IMG/VR virus record: IMGVR_UViG_3300030372_004506
Location: 1-29,957 of that record
DNA: 29,957 bases
Strand: one strand, 5' to 3'
Origin: a virus
Lineage: Duplodnaviria; Caudoviricetes
Made by a program: the position numbers and the translations under genes. Numbering within the stretch: the first letter of the stretch is position 1; each line of letters starts with the position of its first letter. The notes under the pieces are model-generated. The model worked only from the letters and a program-made list of their open reading frames with translations, had not been told where the DNA came from and did not search any database. Positions 1-7,541 of this stretch are shown in pieces.

Positions 1-1
1 T

Positions 2-11
2 GTACGCGCAG
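2..11. repeat. Terminal 10-bp direct repeat GTACGCGCAG (copy 1), candidate cos/cohesive end
   Basis: Identical to the last 10 bases (29948-29957); followed by a G-run; after joining the ends it lies about 50 bp upstream of terS. Confidence 0.5.
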
Positions 12-41
12 TGCCGGGGGGTCTGTGCTAGACACACAGCC

Positions 42-419
42 TTATCTCTTCCCTTCTCTCGTCTTGTCTATCAGTATTCTCTCTGCTCTGGTGAGTTGTC
101 TTCCTTCTTTCTTCGCTTGTATTGTCAATCGACGAGCGAGCATGTCTGCTTGCTCCTGTCGTCGTCGTTGCTGCTTTCGTTTTTTTCGCAGTCTGTCTGC
201 TGCTAGTATTGCTGCTCTCTCGATTGCAACCTGCTCTGCTGTCTTGCCAGGCTGCTCTCGTATCGTCTCTGTTTTGATCCTGAGCTCGTTCTCCGAGAAC
301 ATACGAAAGGCTGCTGCTGTCGCTCTGTTCTTCGGTAGTCCTTGCATCCGGAGCTCCGTGACCTTGTCTGCTATCGCTCTGTTCTCGCTCTGTGTTCTGT
401 TGCGTCTCGCTCTCGACAT
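42..419 (-). CDS. Arg/Lys-rich hypothetical protein (125 aa, MSRARRNR...)
   Basis: ATG at 419 is coupled (TAATG) to the upstream small ORF; the longer 569 start in the ORF track lies within the promoter. Confidence 0.65.
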   Translation of the reverse strand: MSRARRNRTQSENRAIADKVTELRMQGLPKNRATAAAFRMFSENELRIKTETIREQPGKTAEQVAIERAAILAADRLRKKRKQQRRRQEQADMLARRLTIQAKKEGRQLTRAERILIDKTREGKR

Positions 420-535
420 TACTTCTTTTTCTTCTTGTTGGTTGCTGTTCTGCTTCCTCTTTTCGGTTTCGATGGTTTCGGACGAGGCTTCGACATGACT
501 GATCTTATGGTCTTTCTTGTGTTCTTTTTTCGCAT
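419..535 (-). CDS. Small, extremely basic peptide (38 aa, MRKKNTRKTIRSVMSKPRPKPSKPKRGSRTATNKKKKK)
   Basis: Translated by hand (below the ORF-track cutoff); GGGAG RBS upstream; TAATG overlap with the next gene; directly downstream of a promoter. Confidence 0.6.
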   Translation of the reverse strand: MRKKNTRKTIRSVMSKPRPKPSKPKRGSRTATNKKKKK

Positions 536-558
536 GTTTTCTCCCTGTTTTGTATGTT

Positions 559-587
559 ATTATACTCATATTGTATCATATCTGCAA
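559..587 (-). promoter_or_regulatory. sigma70-type promoter TTGCAG-N17-TATAAT
   Basis: Read on the minus strand; points to the left end and, after circularisation, into terS. Confidence 0.6.
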
Positions 588-602
588 AGAATAGGAGCTT
601 TT

Positions 603-968
603 ATGCCAAAGTATCGAGTCCCTGGTACCGTCTCAAGAATAGCACGTCGAGCGATAGATTATAACCTCAGTCTCCCAATGAGCAGACGAGCAGCGTACAA
701 GGACGAAGGAGGGAAGAGAGTCCCAGGGACAGGGATGAGAACAGCAAGCCGGCTCGCGTCTGGATCTATAGATGAGGAACAAATGATACTGATGAGAGCA
801 TGGTTCGCTCGTCACGGAGAGAGCGAGAAGGAAGCAGAAGCACGAAAGGACAAGACCAGTAAGGCTGCGATTGCCTGGTCTCTGTGGGGAGGGAATCCGG
901 GGAGACGATTCGTCTCTGCGAAGCTGCGGCAACTCGAGAGAGAAAAGAAGAAGAGCCGAGAGGATTAG
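603..968 (+). CDS. Basic phage protein with the 'AWFARH...IAWSLWGG' motif (head-morphogenesis-associated domain)
   Basis: AGGAG RBS before ATG 603; motif recalled from domains appended to phage portal/prohead protease proteins. Confidence 0.7.
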   Translation: MPKYRVPGTVSRIARRAIDYNLSLPMSRRAAYKDEGGKRVPGTGMRTASRLASGSIDEEQMILMRAWFARHGESEKEAEARKDKTSKAAIAWSLWGGNPGRRFVSAKLRQLEREKKKSRED

Positions 969-995
969 TCTCGGCTCCTTGGTTGCTGTTCTGGA

Positions 996-1247
996 TTATC
1001 TCTCGTTATGCTCTATTCTTATAGACCATTCTTTGTTTTTTTCGTTCTTGTATTTTATCATTAGAGCGCAGACATATTCTTTTGATACGTCGATAGCGTC
1101 TTCCCAATCTATTAAGGGATCAGAGTGCATATAGTCGTCTATCAGGGTATTGATTAAAGTCTCATATTCATAGATAACGACTTTTTTTTCTTTATCTATG
1201 GATATGATCGCTCTGTCACATAATAATCTCGGTTCCAAATAAATCAT
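996..1247 (-). CDS. Hypothetical protein
   Basis: AT-rich ORF; ATG at 1247 is coupled (TGATG) to the upstream 25-aa ORF. Confidence 0.6.
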   Translation of the reverse strand: MIYLEPRLLCDRAIISIDKEKKVVIYEYETLINTLIDDYMHSDPLIDWEDAIDVSKEYVCALMIKYKNEKNKEWSIRIEHNER

Positions 1248-1324
1248 CACGATTTAATTCTAAAAGAATGAACTGGCAACTCTCGTCCCTTTCTGTGTGG
1301 CTTGTATTGTTGATTGATTGGCAT
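1247..1324 (-). CDS. Small hypothetical peptide (25 aa, MPINQQYKPHRKGRELPVHSFRIKS)
   Basis: AAGGA upstream; stop overlaps the next start. Confidence 0.35.
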   Translation of the reverse strand: MPINQQYKPHRKGRELPVHSFRIKS

Positions 1325-1345
1325 TTTTCTTTTCCTTGTTTTTGG

Positions 1346-1375
1346 GGTTGCGCCCCTTTCGGGGCTTTGTTGGTT
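1346..1375. repeat. 30-bp intergenic hairpin repeat (GCCCC-TTTC-GGGGC core), copy 1
   Basis: 28/30 identical to 3269-3298. Confidence 0.8.
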
Positions 1376-1583
1376 AATCGACTACAATGAGCCACTTGTC
1401 TTTTAAGTCTTTGAGGTTTTCGAATCCTAGAGTATCATCGTTTGATCCGGAATATACCCACAATTCAATGTATCCGTCGGAGTATTGCTGTGTGTATCTT
1501 ACTTCTACCCACCTTCCTGTCTCTTTGTTCTCTAGTATTTTGGAGCATACTGATTTAATTGTCGTTATCTTTTTTGTTTCCAT
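1374..1583 (-). CDS. Hypothetical protein
   Basis: 69-aa ORF preceded by a GGAAACAACATCATG start motif. Confidence 0.7.
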   Translation of the reverse strand: METKKITTIKSVCSKILENKETGRWVEVRYTQQYSDGYIELWVYSGSNDDTLGFENLKDLKDKWLIVVD

Positions 1584-1615
1584 GATGTTGTTTCCATGAT
1601 GTTGTTGTTTTGTGG

Positions 1616-1876
1616 TTATTGCAGATCTCTTATTTCTTCTAATTCGCTAATTGCATTTGTTAATTTTTCAACGCCCCATCCATATTTATGTTCTAAGATC
1701 CGAAGTTCACATGTAGCAGGATGTTTATCGAGTAAATCGTTGAAACCTTCATTATTGACATCTAATTCTGGCAAAATTTCGACGACAGTATCAATAGCTT
1801 GTTCTATTTTTTTCTGCTTCATTTTGAAGGTTTCTAATTGTTGCTTAAGTGTATTTATCATTGTTTCGGTATTCAT
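1616..1876 (-). CDS. Hypothetical protein
   Basis: 86-aa ORF with a GGAGACAACATCATG start, downstream of a consensus promoter. Confidence 0.75.
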   Translation of the reverse strand: MNTETMINTLKQQLETFKMKQKKIEQAIDTVVEILPELDVNNEGFNDLLDKHPATCELRILEHKYGWGVEKLTNAISELEEIRDLQ

Positions 1877-1929
1877 GATGTTGTCTCCTTGTCTGTCGAG
1901 TTTGGGTTATTTTGTTTCCGACATGTACT

Positions 1930-1959
1930 ATTATACTCCGATTGTTTTCAGGTTGTCAA
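1930..1959 (-). promoter_or_regulatory. Consensus sigma70 promoter TTGACA-N18-TATAAT with an A/T-rich upstream tract
   Basis: Perfect hexamers; A/T tracts at 1960-1986 resemble an UP element. Confidence 0.8.
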
Positions 1960-2026
1960 CAATTCTTTTTAAGGTAATTAAAAAAACGCCATCCGGTATA
2001 TCGGAAATCGCGATAATGATGTGAAT

Positions 2027-2224
2027 TTATTTTTCCTCCTCGCTGCTTTCGCTCTCTGTCTCCTCTTCTTCTGCCAGAAGATCGATCATAATCTCTATCA
2101 GTTCGACATATATCTCTATCAGTTCCACTTTCTTGAGATCGACGATACCCTGGTCATGTTGTCGATTGAGCGAGAGAGACAGAGCCTGTAATCGTTTCGT
2201 GAGATGGTATAGGTCGCTCTTCAT
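2027..2224 (-). CDS. Hypothetical protein with an acidic C-terminus
   Basis: 65-aa ORF, GAGGAG RBS. Confidence 0.65.
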   Translation of the reverse strand: MKSDLYHLTKRLQALSLSLNRQHDQGIVDLKKVELIEIYVELIEIMIDLLAEEEETESESSEEEK

Positions 2225-2303
2225 GTCTGCTCCTCTGTCGATGGTTCATTCTACCCGATAGATCTCAATCGATACTATATTTTTGGAGACGATTGTGAAC
2301 CAT

Positions 2304-2334
2304 AAAAAAAGACACCTTCGAGAAGAAGATGTCT
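2304..2334 (-). terminator. Rho-independent terminator
   Basis: AGACATCTTC-TTCTC-GAAGGTGTCT stem followed by a T-run on the minus strand. Confidence 0.7.
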
Positions 2335-2364
2335 GTCGTCAGAGATATATCTCTATATAATCAG

Positions 2365-2463
2365 CTATTCGTCATCGTCAAGATCATCGATATCCATAAT
2401 GACAGGAATAGCAAAAGCAGAGAGAGCCGTGAGAGCCAGAGCAAAGAGATTATACAGTATCAT
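2365..2463 (-). CDS. Small membrane peptide (32 aa, MILYNLFALALTALSAFAIPVIMDIDDLDDDE)
   Basis: ATGA-coupled to the upstream gene; hydrophobic segment plus acidic tail; followed by a terminator. Confidence 0.55.
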   Translation of the reverse strand: MILYNLFALALTALSAFAIPVIMDIDDLDDDE

Positions 2464-2723
2464 GTCTGCTCCAGTAGTTCGGAAGTGATAACCTTCCCGT
2501 ATCTTTGGATCAGAAGACGCTTTGATCTCTCGTCTCCTTCGTTCGCTTTGTTGACGAGATACTGTACGTCGATCATCGTCAGGAGCTCCAGTCTCCCGCG
2601 CAATACCTCGATCATCTCGACGAGAGCGACCTGTCGTCCCTTGTCCTCTGTCTGCTTCAGTCTCTCGACCAGGAAGGAGATGATCCCCTCGATCTTCTCT
2701 GCTGTGTTTTTTGTTGTTGTCAT
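2460..2723 (-). CDS. Hypothetical protein
   Basis: 87-aa ORF, GGAGACTACATCATG start. Confidence 0.75.
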   Translation of the reverse strand: MTTTKNTAEKIEGIISFLVERLKQTEDKGRQVALVEMIEVLRGRLELLTMIDVQYLVNKANEGDERSKRLLIQRYGKVITSELLEQT

Positions 2724-2756
2724 GATGTAGTCTCCTGTGTTGTTGTTGTTGGGTTG

Positions 2757-3257
2757 TTATACCAGTCCGTATTCTTCGAACAGGTCTTTAATTTCATTGA
2801 GAGATTTTCTCCCGAAGTTCTTCAGTCTGAGCAGTCCCTCGTCTCCTTCGGACTGTACTCGAATATAAACATCTTCGAGATAGTCGAAGCCTCCATTCTT
2901 GAGACAATTTTCAGTCCGGACCGAGAGCTCACAGTCTTCGATTCTGTGGATCTTTCCATCTTTAGATTGTGATAGTCTCTCGATTTTCTTTTGGTTGTCT
3001 TCTGTGATGACAAAATGATTATTCTCCCACTTGCTGATCGTCTCTCTGGCTACTCCGATCTTCTCTGCAAATTCCTGCTGTGTGAGACCCAGTCTCTCTC
3101 TGGTGGCTTTCACTTCGTTTCTTTTGTCGATATGCTCGATGATCTCTGCGTCTTCGACGTTGTCGATCTCCATGAGCAAGAAGTCGAGAAGATTGTCCGA
3201 AGTGTCTGTGATTACTTGTCTCATTCCTGAGTGATATTGTATGAATAATGTTTTCAT
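2757..3257 (-). CDS. XRE-family HTH protein fused to an RNA polymerase alpha-subunit C-terminal domain
   Basis: HTH: RERLGLTQQEFAEKIGVARETISKWEN; alphaCTD: IEDCELSVRTENCLK...LLRLKNFGRKSLNEIKDLF. Confidence 0.88.
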   Translation of the reverse strand: MKTLFIQYHSGMRQVITDTSDNLLDFLLMEIDNVEDAEIIEHIDKRNEVKATRERLGLTQQEFAEKIGVARETISKWENNHFVITEDNQKKIERLSQSKDGKIHRIEDCELSVRTENCLKNGGFDYLEDVYIRVQSEGDEGLLRLKNFGRKSLNEIKDLFEEYGLV

Positions 3258-3268
3258 GTTGTCTCCTT

Positions 3269-3298
3269 GGTTGTGCCCCTTTCGGGGCTGTGTTGGTT
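3269..3298. repeat. 30-bp intergenic hairpin repeat, copy 2
   Basis: 28/30 identical to 1346-1375; immediately upstream of the HTH-alphaCTD RBS. Confidence 0.8.
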
Positions 3299-3299
3299 G

Positions 3300-3569
3300 T
3301 TATTTGGCTTCGTTGAGTGTTCTCATAAGAATCGTGTGAGGGTTATTGTTCCATGATCTCCAGTCTGCGAGAGAATACAGTTTCGATCCGTCCTTCATTT
3401 GCACAATGATTCTTTTAATTGTCTTGTTTCCTCTGGTGACGTTGACCCAGTATGCTTTTTTCATAATGTTATTGAGTCCCCCTTCATATCCTTTGAAAGG
3501 ATGAGCTGCTTCTCTCTGCATTGTTTGGAAACCGCGAAGTGTCAATGTGTATTTGTATTGTGATCTCAT
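3300..3569 (-). CDS. Hypothetical protein
   Basis: GGAGAAAACATCATG start at 3569 (MRSQY...). Confidence 0.7.
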   Translation of the reverse strand: MRSQYKYTLTLRGFQTMQREAAHPFKGYEGGLNNIMKKAYWVNVTRGNKTIKRIIVQMKDGSKLYSLADWRSWNNNPHTILMRTLNEAK

Positions 3570-3639
3570 GATGTTTTCTCCTTGTGTCGTTGTCATCATG
3601 TAAACAGGTTATAGGATATGTTTTCATAGTGCAACCATT

Positions 3640-3902
3640 TTCTACACTTTTTCTGTACTTTTTCGTAGAAAGTCCAAAAAGTCCACCCTTTGACCAGCAT
3701 GTTGGCCAGCAAAATAACAAGGTTCTACCTAGCTTTTCCTCTGTTTTACTATATAATTGGACTTTTTCTATAAACTTTATAAAAAGGGGTAATTATAAAA
3801 GTTATAAGAAAGTCCACGGACTTAGTGGACGCAATAAAAAAACCCCGTATATCACGAGGTTTTTGTCTGTTTCATTGCTGGTCAAACTGTGGACGCGTCC
3901 AA
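3640..3902. other. Putative replication origin
   Basis: Non-coding AT-rich core with AAAGTCCA/GTCCAC repeats in both orientations, bracketed by a 19-bp inverted repeat, directly downstream of the primase and helicase genes. Confidence 0.6.
3836..3864. terminator. Bidirectional rho-independent terminator downstream of the helicase gene
   Basis: AAAAAAACCCCGT-ATATC-ACGAGGTTTTT. Confidence 0.6.
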
Positions 3903-5207
3903 TTATGACGGCCACCATCCCCGGAGACGCTTCGATGCATTCTCGTGTTTTTTCCGACGAGCATAGACAAAATTATTCGACAGCAGGATGTCTGAGATAA
4001 TCGCTTGATTCTGTCTCGTACTCTTGTCGAGATGCTTTATAGAGTATCTTGTCGGGTCTGGGTCTTTGTATATATGCTCCAATATCTGAGACACTGTATA
4101 AGGAGGAGAGAGAAGAGACACAGCATCCAACACAGCATCCTCGAGAGGATGGGGATCCGTAAAGTCAGCAGCAGACGAGACGCGCAGCTGCTCCTCTTCG
4201 TCTGTGAGATAATGCTGCTCTCCTGCTTCGTAGTGATACAGAACCTCGGACCATATGAGATCGAGATCCTGTCTCAGTTTGCATATGTCTATCTTCTTGC
4301 GTCCCAGGTCCACACACCAGAAGCGACGAGATCCGGATGCATCATTCAGGACATTCTTCTTGTTCGTTGTCGCACAGAAAATCGTCTTCCGCGCGAATTT
4401 CTGATAGCTTCTCTTGTACGGGAGACGAACATCATCGTAGTCTCGAGACAGGAATGCTTTCTCGACTCTGACATCCTTCGTCCTCTTCGCTAGTTCTTGT
4501 AGCTCATAGATTGCTTTCCCTTGAATAGCCTGCACACTCTCCCGATAGTTATCCATAGAGAGCTCACTGTCTCCGAAGTACTGACCGGATAGCACACTCG
4601 AGAAGCACAGACAGCGCAGAGCGGTACTCTTTCCGATTCCTTGTCCTCCATACAGAACGAGCATCGCGTCTGCTTTGATCGGCTTGCGTACTGTGGCATA
4701 TGTGCGAGCAGCGACAGAGATCAACCATCGGAGAGAGTATGCTTTGTTTATGGGCGTGTCTTCTGCTCCGAAGTAGTCGATCAGCAGTCTCTCTGCTCTT
4801 GGCTCGTCTCCCGGCTTCCACTTTCCTCTGATGCTATCAAAATAATCATGTATCGGATTCTTCTTGTTCTCCTTGGCTACGATCTCGACAGCAGCGAAGA
4901 TGTCGTCTTTCTTGAAATTGACAGACCATCGATCCTGACAGACATATCGGATCATATCGACATCGTGATCAGTGATCTCTCCCCAGTCTCCGACAGCGTC
5001 TTCCCATCGGACAGACTCCGCAAAAGAGTCATAGTACGATCGACCCTTGAAGACAGGATGATGTCTCAGCAGCTGCGTGATGTTGTACAGAGACGCGAGA
5101 ACCTTGTCTCCTGAGTCTGATCTCCGGATCCGGATGTCGAATCCCATATTCGTTAGTATCTCGATTCGTGCGCTCGTTGTGCTGTGTAGTTGTTGTGTGT
5201 TGCTCAT
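3903..5207 (-). CDS. VapE (virulence-associated E)-like P-loop ATPase / replicative helicase
   Basis: Walker A GGQGIGKST, ELQEL, 'CATTN...LNDASGSRRFW' motifs; GGAGACAACATG start at 5207. Confidence 0.88.
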   Translation of the reverse strand: MSNTQQLHSTTSARIEILTNMGFDIRIRRSDSGDKVLASLYNITQLLRHHPVFKGRSYYDSFAESVRWEDAVGDWGEITDHDVDMIRYVCQDRWSVNFKKDDIFAAVEIVAKENKKNPIHDYFDSIRGKWKPGDEPRAERLLIDYFGAEDTPINKAYSLRWLISVAARTYATVRKPIKADAMLVLYGGQGIGKSTALRCLCFSSVLSGQYFGDSELSMDNYRESVQAIQGKAIYELQELAKRTKDVRVEKAFLSRDYDDVRLPYKRSYQKFARKTIFCATTNKKNVLNDASGSRRFWCVDLGRKKIDICKLRQDLDLIWSEVLYHYEAGEQHYLTDEEEQLRVSSAADFTDPHPLEDAVLDAVSLLSPPYTVSQILEHIYKDPDPTRYSIKHLDKSTRQNQAIISDILLSNNFVYARRKKHENASKRLRGWWPS

Positions 5208-5215
5208 GTTGTCTC

Positions 5216-6151
5216 CTATAGGTATCCGTTTATTTCTGCCAAGTATCCGAGGCTTTTCCGAAAGCCACATGACGATCTGTGCATGCAATACGCTAGACTG
5301 CTGCTCTTGTTATTGTCCTTGCGTATCGGGTCGATAAAGAAGAATGTACAGTCATTTAGATGACATTGAGGACAAGTCCAGCCCGTAGCTCGTTCTCCTG
5401 CGTCTCCGTGTTTCATCGTCGATCCCAGGAAGACAGCGAGCTTTCTTCTCTCTATTGGACATTCGGATAGCTGCTGATACTTCATCCGTCTATTATCCGA
5501 GTAGCTTCTGTTCTGTCCGAGTTGCTGCTCCTTCTTCCGGAGCTCTTCGAGACGCTGCTCTCTCTCTGCTTCGATACGTCTGCGCTCTGCGAGATAGTCT
5601 CTCTTTGCATCCTGTGCCATTCCTGCCCAGTCGAGAAGCTTCCCTCTGATGTGATTCTCTTTGAAGTATTGCGTCCTGTATCCGACAAAATACGCTCGGC
5701 TTGCATCTTTTGCGCTCTCGTCGAACTTCGGACCCCGGAAGATCATGTCCCAATATTTTTTCACTGCCATATGATAGAACATCCAATCCTCCGCAGGAGC
5801 GTCTTCCGCGAGAGGAATGACGAGACGAAACCTGTCCTCGGTCCAGGGATTGTGCGATACACTGGTGTGTAAATATGCTTTAATTCTGTGAAGATACATA
5901 GCCACAGACACAGAGAAGAAGAGGACATCATGATCGACATCGATGACGATACAGGACAAGGAGACGACATTCTCTGCGGATCTCTTTCCATCAAAGACAG
6001 CAGGAGACCAGCATCCCTGCTTGAGCTTCTCTACTGGTTTTCTGTCTGCTCCGAGGAAGCGACAGAGATTCGTCCAAGAATAAGATCGTCTAATTTGTTT
6101 GTGGGGGTTGAGTATGCTCGGAAAAGCGGTTATATTGTATAGGCGTGACAT
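5216..6151 (-). CDS. AEP-superfamily primase with a C-terminal zinc-binding domain
   Basis: IDVD, HTSVSH and RFRLVIPL motifs; CPQC...C..H..C; adjacent to the VapE helicase. Confidence 0.75.
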   Translation of the reverse strand: MSRLYNITAFPSILNPHKQIRRSYSWTNLCRFLGADRKPVEKLKQGCWSPAVFDGKRSAENVVSLSCIVIDVDHDVLFFSVSVAMYLHRIKAYLHTSVSHNPWTEDRFRLVIPLAEDAPAEDWMFYHMAVKKYWDMIFRGPKFDESAKDASRAYFVGYRTQYFKENHIRGKLLDWAGMAQDAKRDYLAERRRIEAEREQRLEELRKKEQQLGQNRSYSDNRRMKYQQLSECPIERRKLAVFLGSTMKHGDAGERATGWTCPQCHLNDCTFFFIDPIRKDNNKSSSLAYCMHRSSCGFRKSLGYLAEINGYL

Positions 6152-6200
6152 GTTGTTTATCCTCGTGTCATGTTATTGTGTTGTAAAGATTTTCCTTGTG

Positions 6201-6238
6201 TACCCTGCTTTGTTCGTATCAGAGCAGGGTATTTTTTT
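6201..6238 (+). terminator. Hairpin plus T-run oriented as a plus-strand terminator
   Basis: TACCCTGCTTTG...CAGAGCAGGGTA followed by TTTTTTT. Confidence 0.5.
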
Positions 6239-6617
6239 ATATTGTTGTGTAGATCGGTGCGTTCTGGATCATGAGCTCGATCGATGGTCCCTCATCGGAT
6301 GAGGCATAGAATTTGTCTGCGACGATCTTGACGACTCTGCAATCGTCATCGATGGGAAGAGCATCAAGAACAGACTTTACCAGGTTATCGAGATCGGGTC
6401 TCTTGTCGTGATACTCTCGTTCGCCGGCTCCGAGACGCTTCGGTCTGTGAATTACGAATGTAATCTCTACCATGATCGGACCATCAGGGACATATACATC
6501 CGACAGTCTCTCCTTCATCTCTTTCACCCACTCGCGATATTTCACTGGATAATAAACCCTTCCCGCTCGTGTCACTCTGGGACGAGGACATGCTACGGGA
6601 GCAATCTCGATTATCAT
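6237..6617 (-). CDS. rusA: RusA-like Holliday junction resolvase
   Basis: PRPRV N-terminus; catalytic motif RPDLDNLVKSVLDAL...DDCRV. Confidence 0.88.
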   Translation of the reverse strand: MIIEIAPVACPRPRVTRAGRVYYPVKYREWVKEMKERLSDVYVPDGPIMVEITFVIHRPKRLGAGEREYHDKRPDLDNLVKSVLDALPIDDDCRVVKIVADKFYASSDEGPSIELMIQNAPIYTTI

Positions 6618-6892
6618 ACTCTCTCCTGTGTTGCTTTGTCAAGGACAGCAGAGACATGTCCGCATATCGTTTTAAAATACCATCCCTGACAATTGCATGT
6701 AGCAAAGTCATATCGCGGATGATCTGGATAGATATAGACGATCGTGACATACTGTCCTCCCGATGAGGAGCGAGTAACAGCCACAGAGACCCGACAGTCC
6801 CGTCCTGAGATTGTCTGCTCCTTCTGAGACATACAGACGATCTCAGTCTGTCGTCCTTTGCGCTTGACATGATCGGATCGTACTGGGATCAT
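6614..6892 (-). CDS. SWIM zinc-finger protein
   Basis: ATCNCQGWYFKTICGHV = CxC-x(8)-CxH; ATGA-coupled on both sides. Confidence 0.75.
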   Translation of the reverse strand: MIPVRSDHVKRKGRQTEIVCMSQKEQTISGRDCRVSVAVTRSSSGGQYVTIVYIYPDHPRYDFATCNCQGWYFKTICGHVSAVLDKATQERV

Positions 6893-7260
6893 TCTGTCTC
6901 CTTCTTCTTGTTTTCTTCATTCTTAAAGTTTCTCCATCCTTCCGAGTATGCATGCTCGAGATCACTCAAGATCAACACAGAAGAGATCCCTGTAATTGTA
7001 GCAAAATATCTCGATATGTGTCTGTGTACTTGTCTCCCAGGAGGAGCACCATGTCTCCAATGAGAGATACTTGACAGTGAATAATCAACATAAGCAGCCA
7101 TCTCCTTTCTATTCCACTTCCCGCGAGACAGAGAGATATACAGAACAAAGAAGTTCTTGATCTCTGGGAACCTCTTATTTGTATTTCTGCATCCTTTCGT
7201 CTTCTCCTTCTTTGGTGGAACCTTGGGAAGAAGATCCGGATTGAATTGTCTACGCTTCAT
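6889..7260 (-). CDS. HTH DNA-binding protein
   Basis: RKEMAAYVDYSLSSISHWRHG HTH-like segment; GGAGG RBS before ATG 7260. Confidence 0.65.
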   Translation of the reverse strand: MKRRQFNPDLLPKVPPKKEKTKGCRNTNKRFPEIKNFFVLYISLSRGKWNRKEMAAYVDYSLSSISHWRHGAPPGRQVHRHISRYFATITGISSVLILSDLEHAYSEGWRNFKNEENKKKETE

Positions 7261-7528
7261 GATTCCTCCATTCGGAGACATGACATCTCCACAAGATCTC
7301 TCGAAGCAGAGCAGACTTGTTATCGATATCTCTCTTCTCGAGAGCGTCTGCGATACGGACCTTCAATCGGCAGGTCGGAAGACGCTGTCCGGATCTCCAC
7401 AGAGAGACCGTCGATCGATTGACATCGATCTCTCTTGCTAGTTGGGATGAACTTATTTTGTATGTGTTAAGCGTCTCGCTTAACCATTCCGAGAAGTCGA
7501 TCTCCTCTGTTGTGACATAATCTGTCAT
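7250..7528 (-). CDS. XRE-family HTH transcriptional regulator
   Basis: SSSQLAREIDVNRSTVSLWRSGQRLP. Confidence 0.85.
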   Translation of the reverse strand: MTDYVTTEEIDFSEWLSETLNTYKISSSQLAREIDVNRSTVSLWRSGQRLPTCRLKVRIADALEKRDIDNKSALLREILWRCHVSEWRNHEA

Positions 7529-7541
7529 TGTGTCTCCTGGG

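Noticed and set aside
3484-4000. ORFs 3484-3720 (-) and 3584-4000 (+) crossing the AT-rich region
   Set aside because: No RBS, alternative starts, and they overlap iterons and a terminator; the region is better explained as an origin
5208-5288. N-terminal extensions in the ORF track (helicase to 5288; also 569, 342, 9197, 16894, 19695, 22692, 28973)
   Set aside because: Internal ATGs with a clear RBS or stop-start coupling are better starts
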